From IMG/VR virus record IMGVR_UViG_3300043393_000053, positions 1 through 41,375 of that record: DNA of 41,375 bases; one strand, given 5' to 3'. This DNA comes from a virus. Its lineage: Duplodnaviria > Caudoviricetes. Shown in pieces: positions 12,692 to 22,192 of the stretch. The notes under the pieces are model-generated. The model saw only the letters and a program-made list of their open reading frames with translations. It was not told the DNA's origin and made no database searches. The position numbers and the translations under genes were made by a program. Position 1 is the stretch's first letter, and the number at the start of each line of letters is the position of its first letter.

Positions 12692-13218
12692 AGCTCGAAG
12701 ACGTGCTCGCGCTTTGCATTGAAGACGGTGATTGCCTGCTCTGGCAGGGCACTATGGGCACGGGTAAGAACAAGGCGACACCTCACCTCAATTTCATCGC
12801 GCCCGATGGCACGCGTGGCCGGCTGATGATGGCTCGCACGACCTGGGAAGCGCGCAACGGCCGCCCGGTGCCCGCCGGCAAGATCGTGTACCGCACTTGC
12901 TGCAACGAGCGGTGCCTGGAGCATCTGAAACTCGGCGTGCGCGGCGATGCGCACCGGCAGCGCAAACGGCTTGGGCTCACGGGCCACTCGCCCGCCACGA
13001 TCGCCGCGCTGACGATCGGCGCACGTAACCGTGAAGGCATCGTGTGCAGCATCGAGACAGCGCGCGAGGTGCGTGCGCTGCTGTACAGCGGCCTGCGCAA
13101 CATCGACGTGTCCCGCCGCACCGGGGTCGATGAATCGACGGTGAGTTGCATCAAGCGCGGCAAAGCATGGGCGGAATCGCTACCGGCAGCGAGCGTGTTT
13201 TCGTGGGGTGGCCAATGA
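12688..13218 (+). CDS. Degenerate HNH-like protein with C-terminal HTH
   Basis: DCLLWQG...TCCNERCLEHL; SRRTGVDESTVSCIKRGKAW. Confidence 0.65.
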   Translation: MKLEDVLALCIEDGDCLLWQGTMGTGKNKATPHLNFIAPDGTRGRLMMARTTWEARNGRPVPAGKIVYRTCCNERCLEHLKLGVRGDAHRQRKRLGLTGHSPATIAALTIGARNREGIVCSIETAREVRALLYSGLRNIDVSRRTGVDESTVSCIKRGKAWAESLPAASVFSWGGQ

Positions 13219-13793
13219 GTGCGGCGCCGCTGATTGTCGACAACGTGTGGGCGTTCTTGGACCGTGTTGACAAGGACTACGCACGGATGGAGGCGGATCG
13301 ATTTCGGCAAGAGATGCATGCGAACTGCCTGGAGTTGGGCATGCAGTCTCCGATTGAACACCTGTTCTGGATCGCCGCCACGGTGCTGGCGAAATCTCAA
13401 TACACGATAGTCAACCCGGAGCCGTTTGAAGTGCGCGGTGAATGGCACGTTGGCAGCGGTCTTTTCATTTCCCCGCAGCACAAGGTGAGCAAGTACACGG
13501 TTGACTTTTTGTTGTACCAAAACGGGATTGGCCCCGACGAAATTCTTACGCCGGTCGTTGTCGAATTGGACGGCCACGACTTCCACGACCGTGACAAGAA
13601 CCAACGCTCATATGAGAAAGCGCGCGACAGGCATTTGGTGAAGACGGGATTCCGTGTCATTCACTTTACCGGGAGCGATGTCGTTAAAGACCCGTTCGCG
13701 TGTGCTTTTGAGGCGCTTGAGATGCTTGGCGTCTACGCCGGCACGGGCATTCGTTCATACGACAAGAGCAACCCACTGGGCCTCACCGGATGA
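13215..13793 (+). CDS. DUF559/Vsr-like endonuclease domain protein
   Basis: SPIE...YTVDF...VVELDGHDFH...RDRHL..GFRVIHFTGSDV. Confidence 0.8.
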   Translation: MSAAPLIVDNVWAFLDRVDKDYARMEADRFRQEMHANCLELGMQSPIEHLFWIAATVLAKSQYTIVNPEPFEVRGEWHVGSGLFISPQHKVSKYTVDFLLYQNGIGPDEILTPVVVELDGHDFHDRDKNQRSYEKARDRHLVKTGFRVIHFTGSDVVKDPFACAFEALEMLGVYAGTGIRSYDKSNPLGLTG

Positions 13794-14695
13794 AGCGCCC
13801 GGCATTTCAGTTTTACACCGCCGACTGGCGAAACAATGCCAAGCTGCGTCGTTGCAGTGCAGCCGCACGCGGCGTGTGGATGGACGTACTGTGCGTGCTA
13901 CACGACTCGGACGAGTACGGCGTGTGCCGCTGGCCTTTGGCCGACCTGGCGAACAGCGCCAACGCGCCCATAAAACTGGTGCGCGAGTTAGTCGACAAGG
14001 ACGTGCTCAAGGGCGCCGACCGCGGCGCGCAGCCATACGTTTACACGCCGCGCCACGCCGGCAAGGACGGCGATTCGGTCACTTTGGTTGAGGCTGGTGC
14101 CGGCCCGTGCTGGTATTCGAGCCGCTTTGTGCGCGATGAATGGGTGCGCCAAAGGAGGGGTTCTGCTACGCAGTTCAGCGAAGAGAACCAACCACCAAAG
14201 AAGCAACCGAAGGCGCCACCAAAGCACACCATTGGTGATCGGCAAGGTGACGGCCCTACATCTTCATCTACATATCTATCGAAGCCTTCGGCTTCTCACC
14301 CCCCTTCGGGGAGGGCCGACGAGTTCTGGCAGGCGTGGCCGAAGAGTGAGCGCAAGCAGGACAGGGCCAAGGTCTTTGAGCACTGGCGGGCCAAGGGCCT
14401 CGATGCATTGGCCGACGTGATATTGGCTGATGTGCGCATCAAGCGCGGCTCGCAGAAGTGGGCCGAAGGGTTTGTTGAAGCACCCTTGGTGTACCTGCGC
14501 GGAAAGCGATGGGAAGACGGCGTGATGCCAGACGAGGCGCCTCCGAAAGTGCGGGCAATGACCTTCCGAGAGCGCGACGCCGAGGTGTCCCGCGCCACCG
14601 CCGCGAAGTGGATGGGAAGCGTCGCGCCCCTCGCCGCACAACCGGATTTCATCGACATGGAGAGCACGAATGGCACTCGACTTTCGCTGGGTTGA
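13790..14695 (+). CDS. Replication initiator-like protein
   Basis: KRPAFQFY..DW N-terminus; EFWQAWPK...PLVYLRGKRWED C-domain; position in the early right operon. Confidence 0.75.
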   Translation: MKRPAFQFYTADWRNNAKLRRCSAAARGVWMDVLCVLHDSDEYGVCRWPLADLANSANAPIKLVRELVDKDVLKGADRGAQPYVYTPRHAGKDGDSVTLVEAGAGPCWYSSRFVRDEWVRQRRGSATQFSEENQPPKKQPKAPPKHTIGDRQGDGPTSSSTYLSKPSASHPPSGRADEFWQAWPKSERKQDRAKVFEHWRAKGLDALADVILADVRIKRGSQKWAEGFVEAPLVYLRGKRWEDGVMPDEAPPKVRAMTFRERDAEVSRATAAKWMGSVAPLAAQPDFIDMESTNGTRLSLG

Positions 14696-15185
14696 TCTCA
14701 TCCACACCCGCATGCTGGTGCGCTACGGAGCGACCTGGGTGCGGCAGTGGGCCGACGTTGATGCGGCGTTGGTGAAGACGGATTGGGCGAACGAACTGGA
14801 CGGCGTTTCATCGACGGCCATCAAGCACGCGCTTGACCACCTGCCGGCAGAGTTCCCGCCAACGGCCGGGCAGTTTCGGGCGCTGTGCATTCGGGCGCCG
14901 CAGTACGCCACACCACAACTCGCTGGCCCGCGTGCAGACCCGAGGCGGGTGGCTGAAGAAGTTTCCCGCATGCGCGGGTTCCAAGCGGCACGCAAGCCGC
15001 TGCAATGGGCCTATGACCTGCAAGAGCGCGAGAAGGCCGGCGAAGTTTTGACCCTTGGCCAGAAGGCCAGTTGGCGCGATGCGCTGTCGAAGGGGATCGA
15101 CACCACGATCGTCGGCGACTTCACACCTGTCGATCCGCGCTGCTTGCCCCCCGGCATGCACCCAGACGAAAGGGTCTTCGCATGA
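14670..15185 (+). CDS. Replication protein P-like (helicase loader-like)
   Basis: YGATW..QW...W...L...FPPTAGQFRALC; follows the initiator. Confidence 0.6.
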   Translation: MALDFRWVDLIHTRMLVRYGATWVRQWADVDAALVKTDWANELDGVSSTAIKHALDHLPAEFPPTAGQFRALCIRAPQYATPQLAGPRADPRRVAEEVSRMRGFQAARKPLQWAYDLQEREKAGEVLTLGQKASWRDALSKGIDTTIVGDFTPVDPRCLPPGMHPDERVFA

Positions 15186-15397
15186 CCCTCGAACGCGCCC
15201 GCGAAATACTGAACCGCGCCCGCGGCGGCGAGAACATCAGCGCCGGCCTGATCGCCAATGCGCTGCGTGAGACTGGCGACATCGGCCGCTGCGACACCGT
15301 GCAACTCCGTGTGCCTGCTGGCGATTGGGAGCTTGAAGCCGACTTGTCGCCGCTGAAGCCGGCCGAGTGGTTCGATGCGCTGAGGGCTGCCGCATGA
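15182..15397 (+). CDS. Hypothetical protein
   Basis: ATGA-coupled. Confidence 0.6.
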   Translation: MTLERAREILNRARGGENISAGLIANALRETGDIGRCDTVQLRVPAGDWELEADLSPLKPAEWFDALRAAA

Positions 15398-15624
15398 CCA
15401 TCCTCCGCCGCACGATGAAGGCAAACGCCTTGCGGTTCCTGGAAGGCGTTGATTCACTGCCGACTCACGAATTCCGCACCGTGGTCGAGGAAGCCTGCTT
15501 GACCCGAGAGCAAAGCATCCGACTGCGCAATGAGTTGCAGTGCGAGGGCTACATCGAAACCCGTGTGGCCGTGACTGACAAGGGGCGCGCTGCCATCGAG
15601 GCCCTGAAAGGGACCCCCGCATGA
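15394..15624 (+). CDS. Hypothetical protein, winged-helix-like
   Basis: ELQCEGYIE....VTDKGRAAI pattern. Confidence 0.55.
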   Translation: MTILRRTMKANALRFLEGVDSLPTHEFRTVVEEACLTREQSIRLRNELQCEGYIETRVAVTDKGRAAIEALKGTPA

Positions 15625-15824
15625 CCAGCGACGACGCAACCCGCAGCGAGTCGGGCGCCCGTGAGTACGCGCAGCAGATCGTCGGCCCGACGTACTACTG
15701 CAACCACTGCCAGCGGCCCGGCCGTTCAGTGATCGGCCGCCGAAGCAGGTTCCTGCGGATGTGGGGCATCAAGCAACCGGCGTGCACGGACTGCCTTGTA
15801 CGCATCGACAAGGGGAGCGCATGA
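15621..15824 (+). CDS. Small zinc-finger protein
   Basis: CNHC and CTDC pairs. Confidence 0.6.
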   Translation: MTSDDATRSESGAREYAQQIVGPTYYCNHCQRPGRSVIGRRSRFLRMWGIKQPACTDCLVRIDKGSA

Positions 15825-16150
15825 GCACTGACGACGAACTTTTCGACGCGGCGATTCGGCCGTTGCCGGGGCCTCAGACCAGCTACGTGCTCGACGCAGA
15901 GTTGCCCGCGATTTCACTGGTGCTGCACAAGCGCACGCCCTACGTGATGCACAACGTGAGCGCTGGCCAATTGAGCATCGCTCGCCACTCGGGCTTGATC
16001 ATGTTCAACGGCGAAACCTACATCTACTTCGCCGAGTTCGATGAACTGGTGCGGGATGACGTGCTGGCCTTCGTCCACAAGCGGCGCCGGGCGGCCGAAG
16101 CGCTCGACCGCATGGCCGAAGACGCGCGGCAGCTTGGCCTGGAGCTTTGA
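15821..16150 (+). CDS. Hypothetical protein
   Basis: ATGA-coupled; GGAG RBS. Confidence 0.6.
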   Translation: MSTDDELFDAAIRPLPGPQTSYVLDAELPAISLVLHKRTPYVMHNVSAGQLSIARHSGLIMFNGETYIYFAEFDELVRDDVLAFVHKRRRAAEALDRMAEDARQLGLEL

Positions 16151-16599
16151 GCGTGCAAAAGCGCACCGTCATCCTTGCCGGTCCGGTACAGCGTGCCACG
16201 GCGCATCGCTACGTCGATGATTCGCCGATCGGCTACGTCATCACGTTCAGCGAGGCGACCAAGAAGCGCATTCAGGAAGAGAAATACCACGCGCAAATCG
16301 GCGACATCGCACGGCAAACTGACTACGCCGGCAAGCGCTGGGATGCTGACGACATGAAACGCATCCTGATCGACGAATTCGCCGACGACATGCGCAACGC
16401 CGGCACGCCTCTGCACAACGATGGCCGGTTGATCCCAAGCGAGAACGGCCGTCGTGTGATCCAACTTGGCATCCAGTCGCGTGAGTTCTACGTTAAGGAG
16501 GCGTCGCAGTTCATCGAATTTCTGTTTGCTTGGGGTGCTGACCGCAGCGTGGAATGGACTGACCCGGCAATGCAGCGACCCGAGGCTGCGGCGGCATGA
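16147..16599 (+). CDS. ninB: NinB/Orf-family recombination protein
   Basis: QEEKYHAQIGDIARQ...LGIQSREF...SQFIEFLFAWGA..VEW. Confidence 0.8.
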   Translation: MSVQKRTVILAGPVQRATAHRYVDDSPIGYVITFSEATKKRIQEEKYHAQIGDIARQTDYAGKRWDADDMKRILIDEFADDMRNAGTPLHNDGRLIPSENGRRVIQLGIQSREFYVKEASQFIEFLFAWGADRSVEWTDPAMQRPEAAAA

Positions 16600-16805
16600 A
16601 CACGCTGCGCTGCTTCCGCTGCCGCCGCCCGATCAAGGCGGCCACGAAGGTGATTCCGGCGGTCGGTGGCGACTTTCTGTTCGGCCCGCGGTGCGCCGAG
16701 AAAGCTGGCCTGCGCGACCGCGAGCGTGTGAAGGTGGTCCGTGCCAGGCGCAACGGCACCACGTGGCACGACCCAGCGCAGATCGAGCTGGAGCTTCACG
16801 CATGA
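16596..16805 (+). CDS. Small zinc-binding protein
   Basis: CFRC...GPRCA. Confidence 0.6.
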   Translation: MNTLRCFRCRRPIKAATKVIPAVGGDFLFGPRCAEKAGLRDRERVKVVRARRNGTTWHDPAQIELELHA

Positions 16806-17344
16806 AGGCCTGCACCGTGTGCGAAAAGCCATTCGAGCCCCAACGAATGGGGCAAAAGGTATGCGGTTTACGCTGCGCCGCTAAGGTGCCTAAACTTGCA
16901 AAGAAAGCCAAGAGTGCAGAGAAGCGGGCTGACAAGATCAAGCTAAAGCGCCGGGCTGACTGGCTCAAAGACACCGAAAGGGCTTTCAATGCTTACATAT
17001 GTCGTCGGGACGCGCTTCAACCGTGCGTCAGTTGCGGTTGTGTCGAATCACCGGGATGGCACGCATCGCACTATCGTTCTGTTGGAAGCTCCCCGTCCAT
17101 TAGGTTCGACCCTGCCAACGTTCACCGTAGCTGCGTCAAGTGCAACCTTCATCTCCACGGTAACCCCATTCCCTACAGAGTCGAGCTACTCCGCAGAATC
17201 GGACCTGCTGAACTTGAGCGCCTGGAAGGCCCTCAAGAAGCGAAGAAGTACACGCTAGACGAATTGGCAGAGATTCGAGCATGGTGCAGGGCACAAATTA
17301 AGCAGAGCAAATCATCAAAGGAGCAAAATGGAAACCAGCCTTGA
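16802..17344 (+). CDS. ninG: NinG/Rap-family endonuclease
   Basis: FNAYICRRD..PCVSCG...HASHYRSVG...RFDPANVHRSCVKCN...GN...YR..L. Confidence 0.88.
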   Translation: MKACTVCEKPFEPQRMGQKVCGLRCAAKVPKLAKKAKSAEKRADKIKLKRRADWLKDTERAFNAYICRRDALQPCVSCGCVESPGWHASHYRSVGSSPSIRFDPANVHRSCVKCNLHLHGNPIPYRVELLRRIGPAELERLEGPQEAKKYTLDELAEIRAWCRAQIKQSKSSKEQNGNQP

Positions 17345-17483
17345 TCGGAAGATCGAAGCCGCAAAGCGAAGGGCAGAGGCAGAAAATCCAAAGTCTATTG
17401 ATCCAAAGGACTTCGAGCGCTTGAGCTACCCAATGCCAGCCCCGAAGCTCAAAGACAGACCACCGTACAAAGGACCACCATGA
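17328..17483 (+). CDS. 51-aa hypothetical protein (not in ORF track)
   Basis: AAGGAG RBS; ATGA-coupled to the next gene. Confidence 0.5.
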   Translation: METSLDRKIEAAKRRAEAENPKSIDPKDFERLSYPMPAPKLKDRPPYKGPP

Positions 17484-17914
17484 AAAGCATCATTGCAGCG
17501 CTCGCCCTGATTTTGGCTACCCTGGGTGCTCAAGCACAAACAATCGTCACCATGGGGCCGGGCACAGCCCCAGGCGGGGCGATTCCATGCGTCGCCTTCG
17601 GTTGCCAGAACATCCCCAACAGCGCCGGCCTGCCCCTGAGCATCGGCGTCGATCTTGCGGGCTACGGTCAGAACGTGGCGGTGTTGTTCAACGGGGCAAC
17701 CTGGTCGGGCACCTACGTCGTGCCGGTTGTCGTCTCGGGGACCATCGCTATCCGAAGGTATGACACGACGCTGACAAACAGCGCTGACGGCACCGTGGCC
17801 CGCTTGCAGATGACGGTCTATGTGCGCAGCGACCGGTGTAACGTGCGGGTTGCCCACGGCTGCGGCTACTACCGCATCCAGCCAGACCCGGCGCCGACCA
17901 TCACGTTCAATTGA
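17480..17914 (+). CDS. Exported protein with signal peptide
   Basis: MKSIIAALALILATLGAQA leader; beta-rich; four Cys. Confidence 0.7.
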   Translation: MKSIIAALALILATLGAQAQTIVTMGPGTAPGGAIPCVAFGCQNIPNSAGLPLSIGVDLAGYGQNVAVLFNGATWSGTYVVPVVVSGTIAIRRYDTTLTNSADGTVARLQMTVYVRSDRCNVRVAHGCGYYRIQPDPAPTITFN

Positions 17915-18051
17915 TGCGGCCCACAAAAAGTGGCATGATCCATGCATGCTGCACAGAAGTCGAACCTCAACCGCTCCCCGGCAAGGTACAAGCTCCGGGG
18001 GACTTCGCACCAAGGCCCGCTGACCCGCAAAGTCGTCGGGCTTTGTTGTTT
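17911..18051 (+). promoter_or_regulatory. Candidate late promoter with structured leader and terminator
   Basis: TTGATG-17-CATGAT with extended TGn; stems GAAGTC/GACTTC and CCCCGG/CCGGGG; hairpin 18012-18044 followed by a T-rich tract. Confidence 0.45.
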
Positions 18052-18068
18052 GTGGCATAATTCTTGCC

Positions 18069-18350
18069 ATGCCTGCTTTCAAAAAGGGTCAAAAACCCGG
18101 TCCTGGCCGCCCTAAAGGGAGCCTGGCAAAAACCACCATTGCCGCGAAGGATGCAATCGCACTAGCAGCGGATAAGCTAGGCGGCGCAGAGCGGCTTGTG
18201 TCGTGGGCGCAGGAAGACCCGGCGAATGAGCGCGTCTTCTGGGGAAACATTTACCCCAAGCTGTTGCCGCTTCAGGTGACCGGAGAGGGTGGCGGGCCTG
18301 TAACGGTTGCGGAGATTCGATTCATTCGCCCGACGCCCCGTGAAGACTGA
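18069..18350 (+). CDS. Putative terminase small subunit
   Basis: GPGRPKGS N-terminus, LQVTGEGGGPV C-terminus, upstream of terL. Confidence 0.65.
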   Translation: MPAFKKGQKPGPGRPKGSLAKTTIAAKDAIALAADKLGGAERLVSWAQEDPANERVFWGNIYPKLLPLQVTGEGGGPVTVAEIRFIRPTPRED

Positions 18351-18437
18351 GTGCACAGGCGGCCTTGCTACACTACCCATAGCGTGTCGTTGTCAGAAAA
18401 CACGGGTTTAGACCATGACTGACACTACGGGTAGTGT

Positions 18438-19703
18438 GTGAAGATTGCAATCGACCTGCCCGAGTGGGCAGAGGACTTCTGGGCACCGCGCCAGTACAAG
18501 GTGGCCTACGGCGGCCGGAACAGCACCAAGAGCTGGACATTCGCCCGCATGCTGGCCTTCATGGCCGACCAGAAGCCAGAGACTCGGGTGCTCTGTGCGC
18601 GGGAAACGCAGAAATCGATTGAGGAATCAGTCCACACTGTTCTGACCGATCAGATTCGCTCGATGGGGCTTGAGTCTCGGTTCGACATCCTGAACAACGA
18701 GATTCGCCACAAGACGAACGGAAGCCGGTTTGCCTATGCTGGCCTGAAACAGCACACGGTTGCCAATTTGAAGTCTTATGAGAACTTCAATTTCTGCTGG
18801 GTTGCTGAGGCTCACAAGGTCTGCAAAACATCGTGGGACATCTTAGAGCCGACGATCCGCACGCCTGGGCATGAGTTTTGGATTGACCTTAACCCAGAGC
18901 TGGACACTGACGAGACTTACGACCGATTCATCATCAATCCCCCAGATGGGGCATTGGTCAAACATGTCACATGGCGTGATAACCCTTGGTTTACGGACGA
19001 AGAGAATCAGAAGCGCCTGCGAACCAAGCGCCGCGATCCAATTGGGTACGAAAACATTTGGGAAGGCAAACCACGTAGTGCGGTTGAGGGGGCAATCTAC
19101 GCTGCTGAAGTTGACCAGATGCTACGTGAGGGCCGGGTAACGACCGTCCGATATGACCCAATGTTGCCAGTCCACACCGTGTGGGACTTGGGATACAACG
19201 ACCAGACGGTCATCATGCTGGTTCAGCGTGTGGCCTCGGAGCTGCGGGTTATCGAGGTGCTGATACGCAGGTTCACGACATACGACGACGACATTGCAGA
19301 GCTGCGGACCAGAAACTACCAATGGGGCACGGATTGGCTCCCCCACGACGCTCGGCACAAACTCAAAACAGCCAACGGGCGCAGCGCTGAAATGATCGTG
19401 TCAGGCATGGGCCGTACTGTGCGGATTGTCGATCAGGCAGACATCGAGGATGGCATTAAGCTGGCCCGCACAACGATCCGCAGTCTATGGGTTGACAAGG
19501 AAAACGCAAAGGATTGGCTTAACTCGATCAAGCGCTACCGCCGGCACCTGAGCAGTGATGGCAGGCGTACCGGCGCACCCGTTCACGATGATGCAAGCCA
19601 TGGGGCAGATGCGCTTCGATACCTTTCGCAGATAGCCGGTCAACTACAAACGGGGCATAATGCGACACCGACTAGGCCCTATTCAGCTTCCTGGGTGACG
19701 TAG
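18438..19703 (+). CDS. terL: Terminase large subunit (PBSX/Terminase_3-like)
   Basis: YGGRNSTKS Walker A, LEPTIR, NP coupling motif, WDLGYND and HGADALRY nuclease motifs. Confidence 0.93.
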   Translation: MKIAIDLPEWAEDFWAPRQYKVAYGGRNSTKSWTFARMLAFMADQKPETRVLCARETQKSIEESVHTVLTDQIRSMGLESRFDILNNEIRHKTNGSRFAYAGLKQHTVANLKSYENFNFCWVAEAHKVCKTSWDILEPTIRTPGHEFWIDLNPELDTDETYDRFIINPPDGALVKHVTWRDNPWFTDEENQKRLRTKRRDPIGYENIWEGKPRSAVEGAIYAAEVDQMLREGRVTTVRYDPMLPVHTVWDLGYNDQTVIMLVQRVASELRVIEVLIRRFTTYDDDIAELRTRNYQWGTDWLPHDARHKLKTANGRSAEMIVSGMGRTVRIVDQADIEDGIKLARTTIRSLWVDKENAKDWLNSIKRYRRHLSSDGRRTGAPVHDDASHGADALRYLSQIAGQLQTGHNATPTRPYSASWVT

Positions 19704-19719
19704 TCGGTTTGGAGCAAGC

Positions 19720-19974
19720 ATGGCAAAAGCAAAGCCCGTTGAAGTCGAACCGCGCATCCCTGACGCTGAATTCGACATCCCCGAAGGGATTCGGGATGGT
19801 GAAATGGGCTTGAGTAGTAATCGAACATGCCACCCGTGGGCCATGGATCGGTTGTTGGCATTCCTCGGCGCTCACTCTGCCGAAATCATCAATTCTGTAG
19901 CCGTCTCGAATGATGGCAAGTATGCAGAACTGGTGCGTGAAGGCGACAAACTCCAATTGTTCGGGAAGCTGTAA
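19720..19974 (+). CDS. Hypothetical protein
   Basis: GGAG RBS; between terL and portal. Confidence 0.65.
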   Translation: MAKAKPVEVEPRIPDAEFDIPEGIRDGEMGLSSNRTCHPWAMDRLLAFLGAHSAEIINSVAVSNDGKYAELVREGDKLQLFGKL

Positions 19975-22184
19975 TGTCCGAAGATGGTGATTTCGATGAT
20001 GTGTCCGATGACGCTGGGTACGTTACCTGGCTCCAGGAACAACTGAGCGACGCCGAGGCATACACAGACAGCGATATCGTCGCAGACGAGCGCCAGCAAG
20101 CATTGGACTTCTACCTACGCCGCCCTATGGGAGATGAACGTCAGGGCCGCAGTCAAGTCGTGAGCGGTGACGTGTACAAGGTGGTGGAGGGCGTTTCCAC
20201 TGCCATCGCCGATATCTACTGCACTGCAACAGATGCCGTTCAATTCACCCCGCGTGGTGCGGATGACATGGACAAGGCCGAGCAGCGCACAGAAGCGGTG
20301 AACTACACCTTCTGGACGACCTGCAAGGGTTATCTGCCGATGCTGGAATCAATCAAGTCCGGCGTGCAGTTCAAGAGCGGCTACCTGATGTGGTATTGGT
20401 CGCCTGAGAAGCGGCTTACCCGCGAGGTGTACCGAAATCAGACACAAGACGGCCTAGCCTTGATCCAATCGGACAATCCGAACATCAAGGCGGTGAAGGT
20501 TCTGGCCGAAACTCCGCAGCAAGACGGGTCGATTGCCTACGATGTGCAGATCGACATCGTGAAGGACCAGGGGCGGATTGTCGTTGAATCCATCGCCCCG
20601 GAGCACGTGAAGATCAGCCCTCTTGCGAAGAGTGCCGACCTCCAGAAAGCCCCCGCTGTTTTCGTTATCAGCTACAAATCTGAGGCCGATTGCCTGCAAT
20701 GCGGCTATGAGCCCGAAGTAGTTGATGGGATGGACTTCAGCGGGGGAGACTGGCGCGACAGCCTGAACCGTAATGCCGACCGAGCAGTGAGAAACGAAGG
20801 TCAGGCACGCATCATCACGGCCTTCGTCACTGTTGACCGTGACAATGACGATATCGTCGAGCTTCACCGAACGGTTTTCAGCGGAGACACGATCCTCTCG
20901 GATGACATCATCGACGAGGTGAACATCTCCGGGTGGACTCCGAACATTCAGCCTCACGAGTATTTCGGCCGCTGCCCGGCAGATGATGCGATCCAATCGC
21001 AGCGCCTGAATTCCACGCTGTGGCGTCAGGGGCTTGACAGCCTGTATCACGCGACCAATCCACAATGGCGGATCGACTCCAGTGACACGCGGGTCAACAT
21101 CGAGGATTTCTACAATCCAGAGATCGGCCGGCCGCTTCGTGCCCCGCCAGGCAGTGCTGAAGCTGTTGCGCTCCCCTATGTCGGGCAGCATGTGTTCCCG
21201 ATGCTTGAGTACAGCACGGCCGACACCGAGAATCTGACTGGCTTCACGCGCTACAGCCAAGGGCTTGACGCATCGAGCCTGAACAAGACGGCCACGGGCG
21301 TGCGGATGATCACGAACATGAGCCAGCAGCGCATCAAGATGATGGCGCGCAACTATGGTGAAATGTGCTTTGCTCCATGCCTGCGTGGCGTCTCAAAACT
21401 TTTGAGCCAGCACGGCGACAAGGCCCTATCTCTGCGCCTGCGTGGGCAGTACGTGCAGGTTGACCCGCGCGAGTGGTCCGAAGAATACGACATGGTTGTA
21501 AATGTCGGCTTGGGGTCAGTGGACAAGGACCAGCAAGCCATGCACCTTGGGCAAGTCGCCCAAGCTCAGGCGATGGCAGTGCAGGGCGGCGGCATGGGCA
21601 AGCTCGTCACCCCAAAGAACCTTTACAACGTGCAGCGCAAGATGGCTGAGCTAGCTGGCATCAAAGACCCGAGCTTCGCATGGACTGACCCAGACACGGT
21701 GCAAGCCCCGCCCCCAGCACCCCCGCCCGTCGATCCAAAGGTGCAAACCACGCAGATGACGCTGCAAGCAGATCAGCAGAAATTCCAGGCGCAGGCGGGC
21801 ATCGACCAGCAGAACAAAGCAGCTGATCTGCAAGATGCGCAGATGGCACGCCAGCATGACGCCGAGCTGCAATTGGCCCTGGCGCAGATCAAAGAGCAGG
21901 CGGCAACAGACCGCGCGCTGCAACTCAAACAACTGGACGTGATGGCGCAGGCTGGGATGGCACAGCAGGCGGCACGCACTCAAGAAGCGGCCGACGCGAA
22001 CGGCGAAGCACTCGGCGGCATGGCTCAAGTAGCCCCAGCCATTGCCCAAGCTATGCAAATGATGGCCGAGGGCATGAACGCTATGCAACAGGTAGCGCAG
22101 TTGCTTGCGGCCCCGAAGCAAGGCCGTGCAGTGAAGAACAAGGACGGTAGTTTTTCTGTCATTACAGAACCCGTTTTGAACTGA
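19974..22184 (+). CDS. Portal protein (P22-like, with C-terminal helical barrel)
   Basis: 736 aa; GRSQVVS.DV, TGFTRYSQGLD..SLNKTATG; Q/A-rich coiled tail. Confidence 0.9.
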   Translation: MSEDGDFDDVSDDAGYVTWLQEQLSDAEAYTDSDIVADERQQALDFYLRRPMGDERQGRSQVVSGDVYKVVEGVSTAIADIYCTATDAVQFTPRGADDMDKAEQRTEAVNYTFWTTCKGYLPMLESIKSGVQFKSGYLMWYWSPEKRLTREVYRNQTQDGLALIQSDNPNIKAVKVLAETPQQDGSIAYDVQIDIVKDQGRIVVESIAPEHVKISPLAKSADLQKAPAVFVISYKSEADCLQCGYEPEVVDGMDFSGGDWRDSLNRNADRAVRNEGQARIITAFVTVDRDNDDIVELHRTVFSGDTILSDDIIDEVNISGWTPNIQPHEYFGRCPADDAIQSQRLNSTLWRQGLDSLYHATNPQWRIDSSDTRVNIEDFYNPEIGRPLRAPPGSAEAVALPYVGQHVFPMLEYSTADTENLTGFTRYSQGLDASSLNKTATGVRMITNMSQQRIKMMARNYGEMCFAPCLRGVSKLLSQHGDKALSLRLRGQYVQVDPREWSEEYDMVVNVGLGSVDKDQQAMHLGQVAQAQAMAVQGGGMGKLVTPKNLYNVQRKMAELAGIKDPSFAWTDPDTVQAPPPAPPPVDPKVQTTQMTLQADQQKFQAQAGIDQQNKAADLQDAQMARQHDAELQLALAQIKEQAATDRALQLKQLDVMAQAGMAQQAARTQEAADANGEALGGMAQVAPAIAQAMQMMAEGMNAMQQVAQLLAAPKQGRAVKNKDGSFSVITEPVLN

Positions 22185-22192
22185 GGCGACCT

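Noticed and set aside
17940-18050. tRNA gene
   Set aside because: Stems are present but there is no cloverleaf, T-loop GTTC pattern or CCA end
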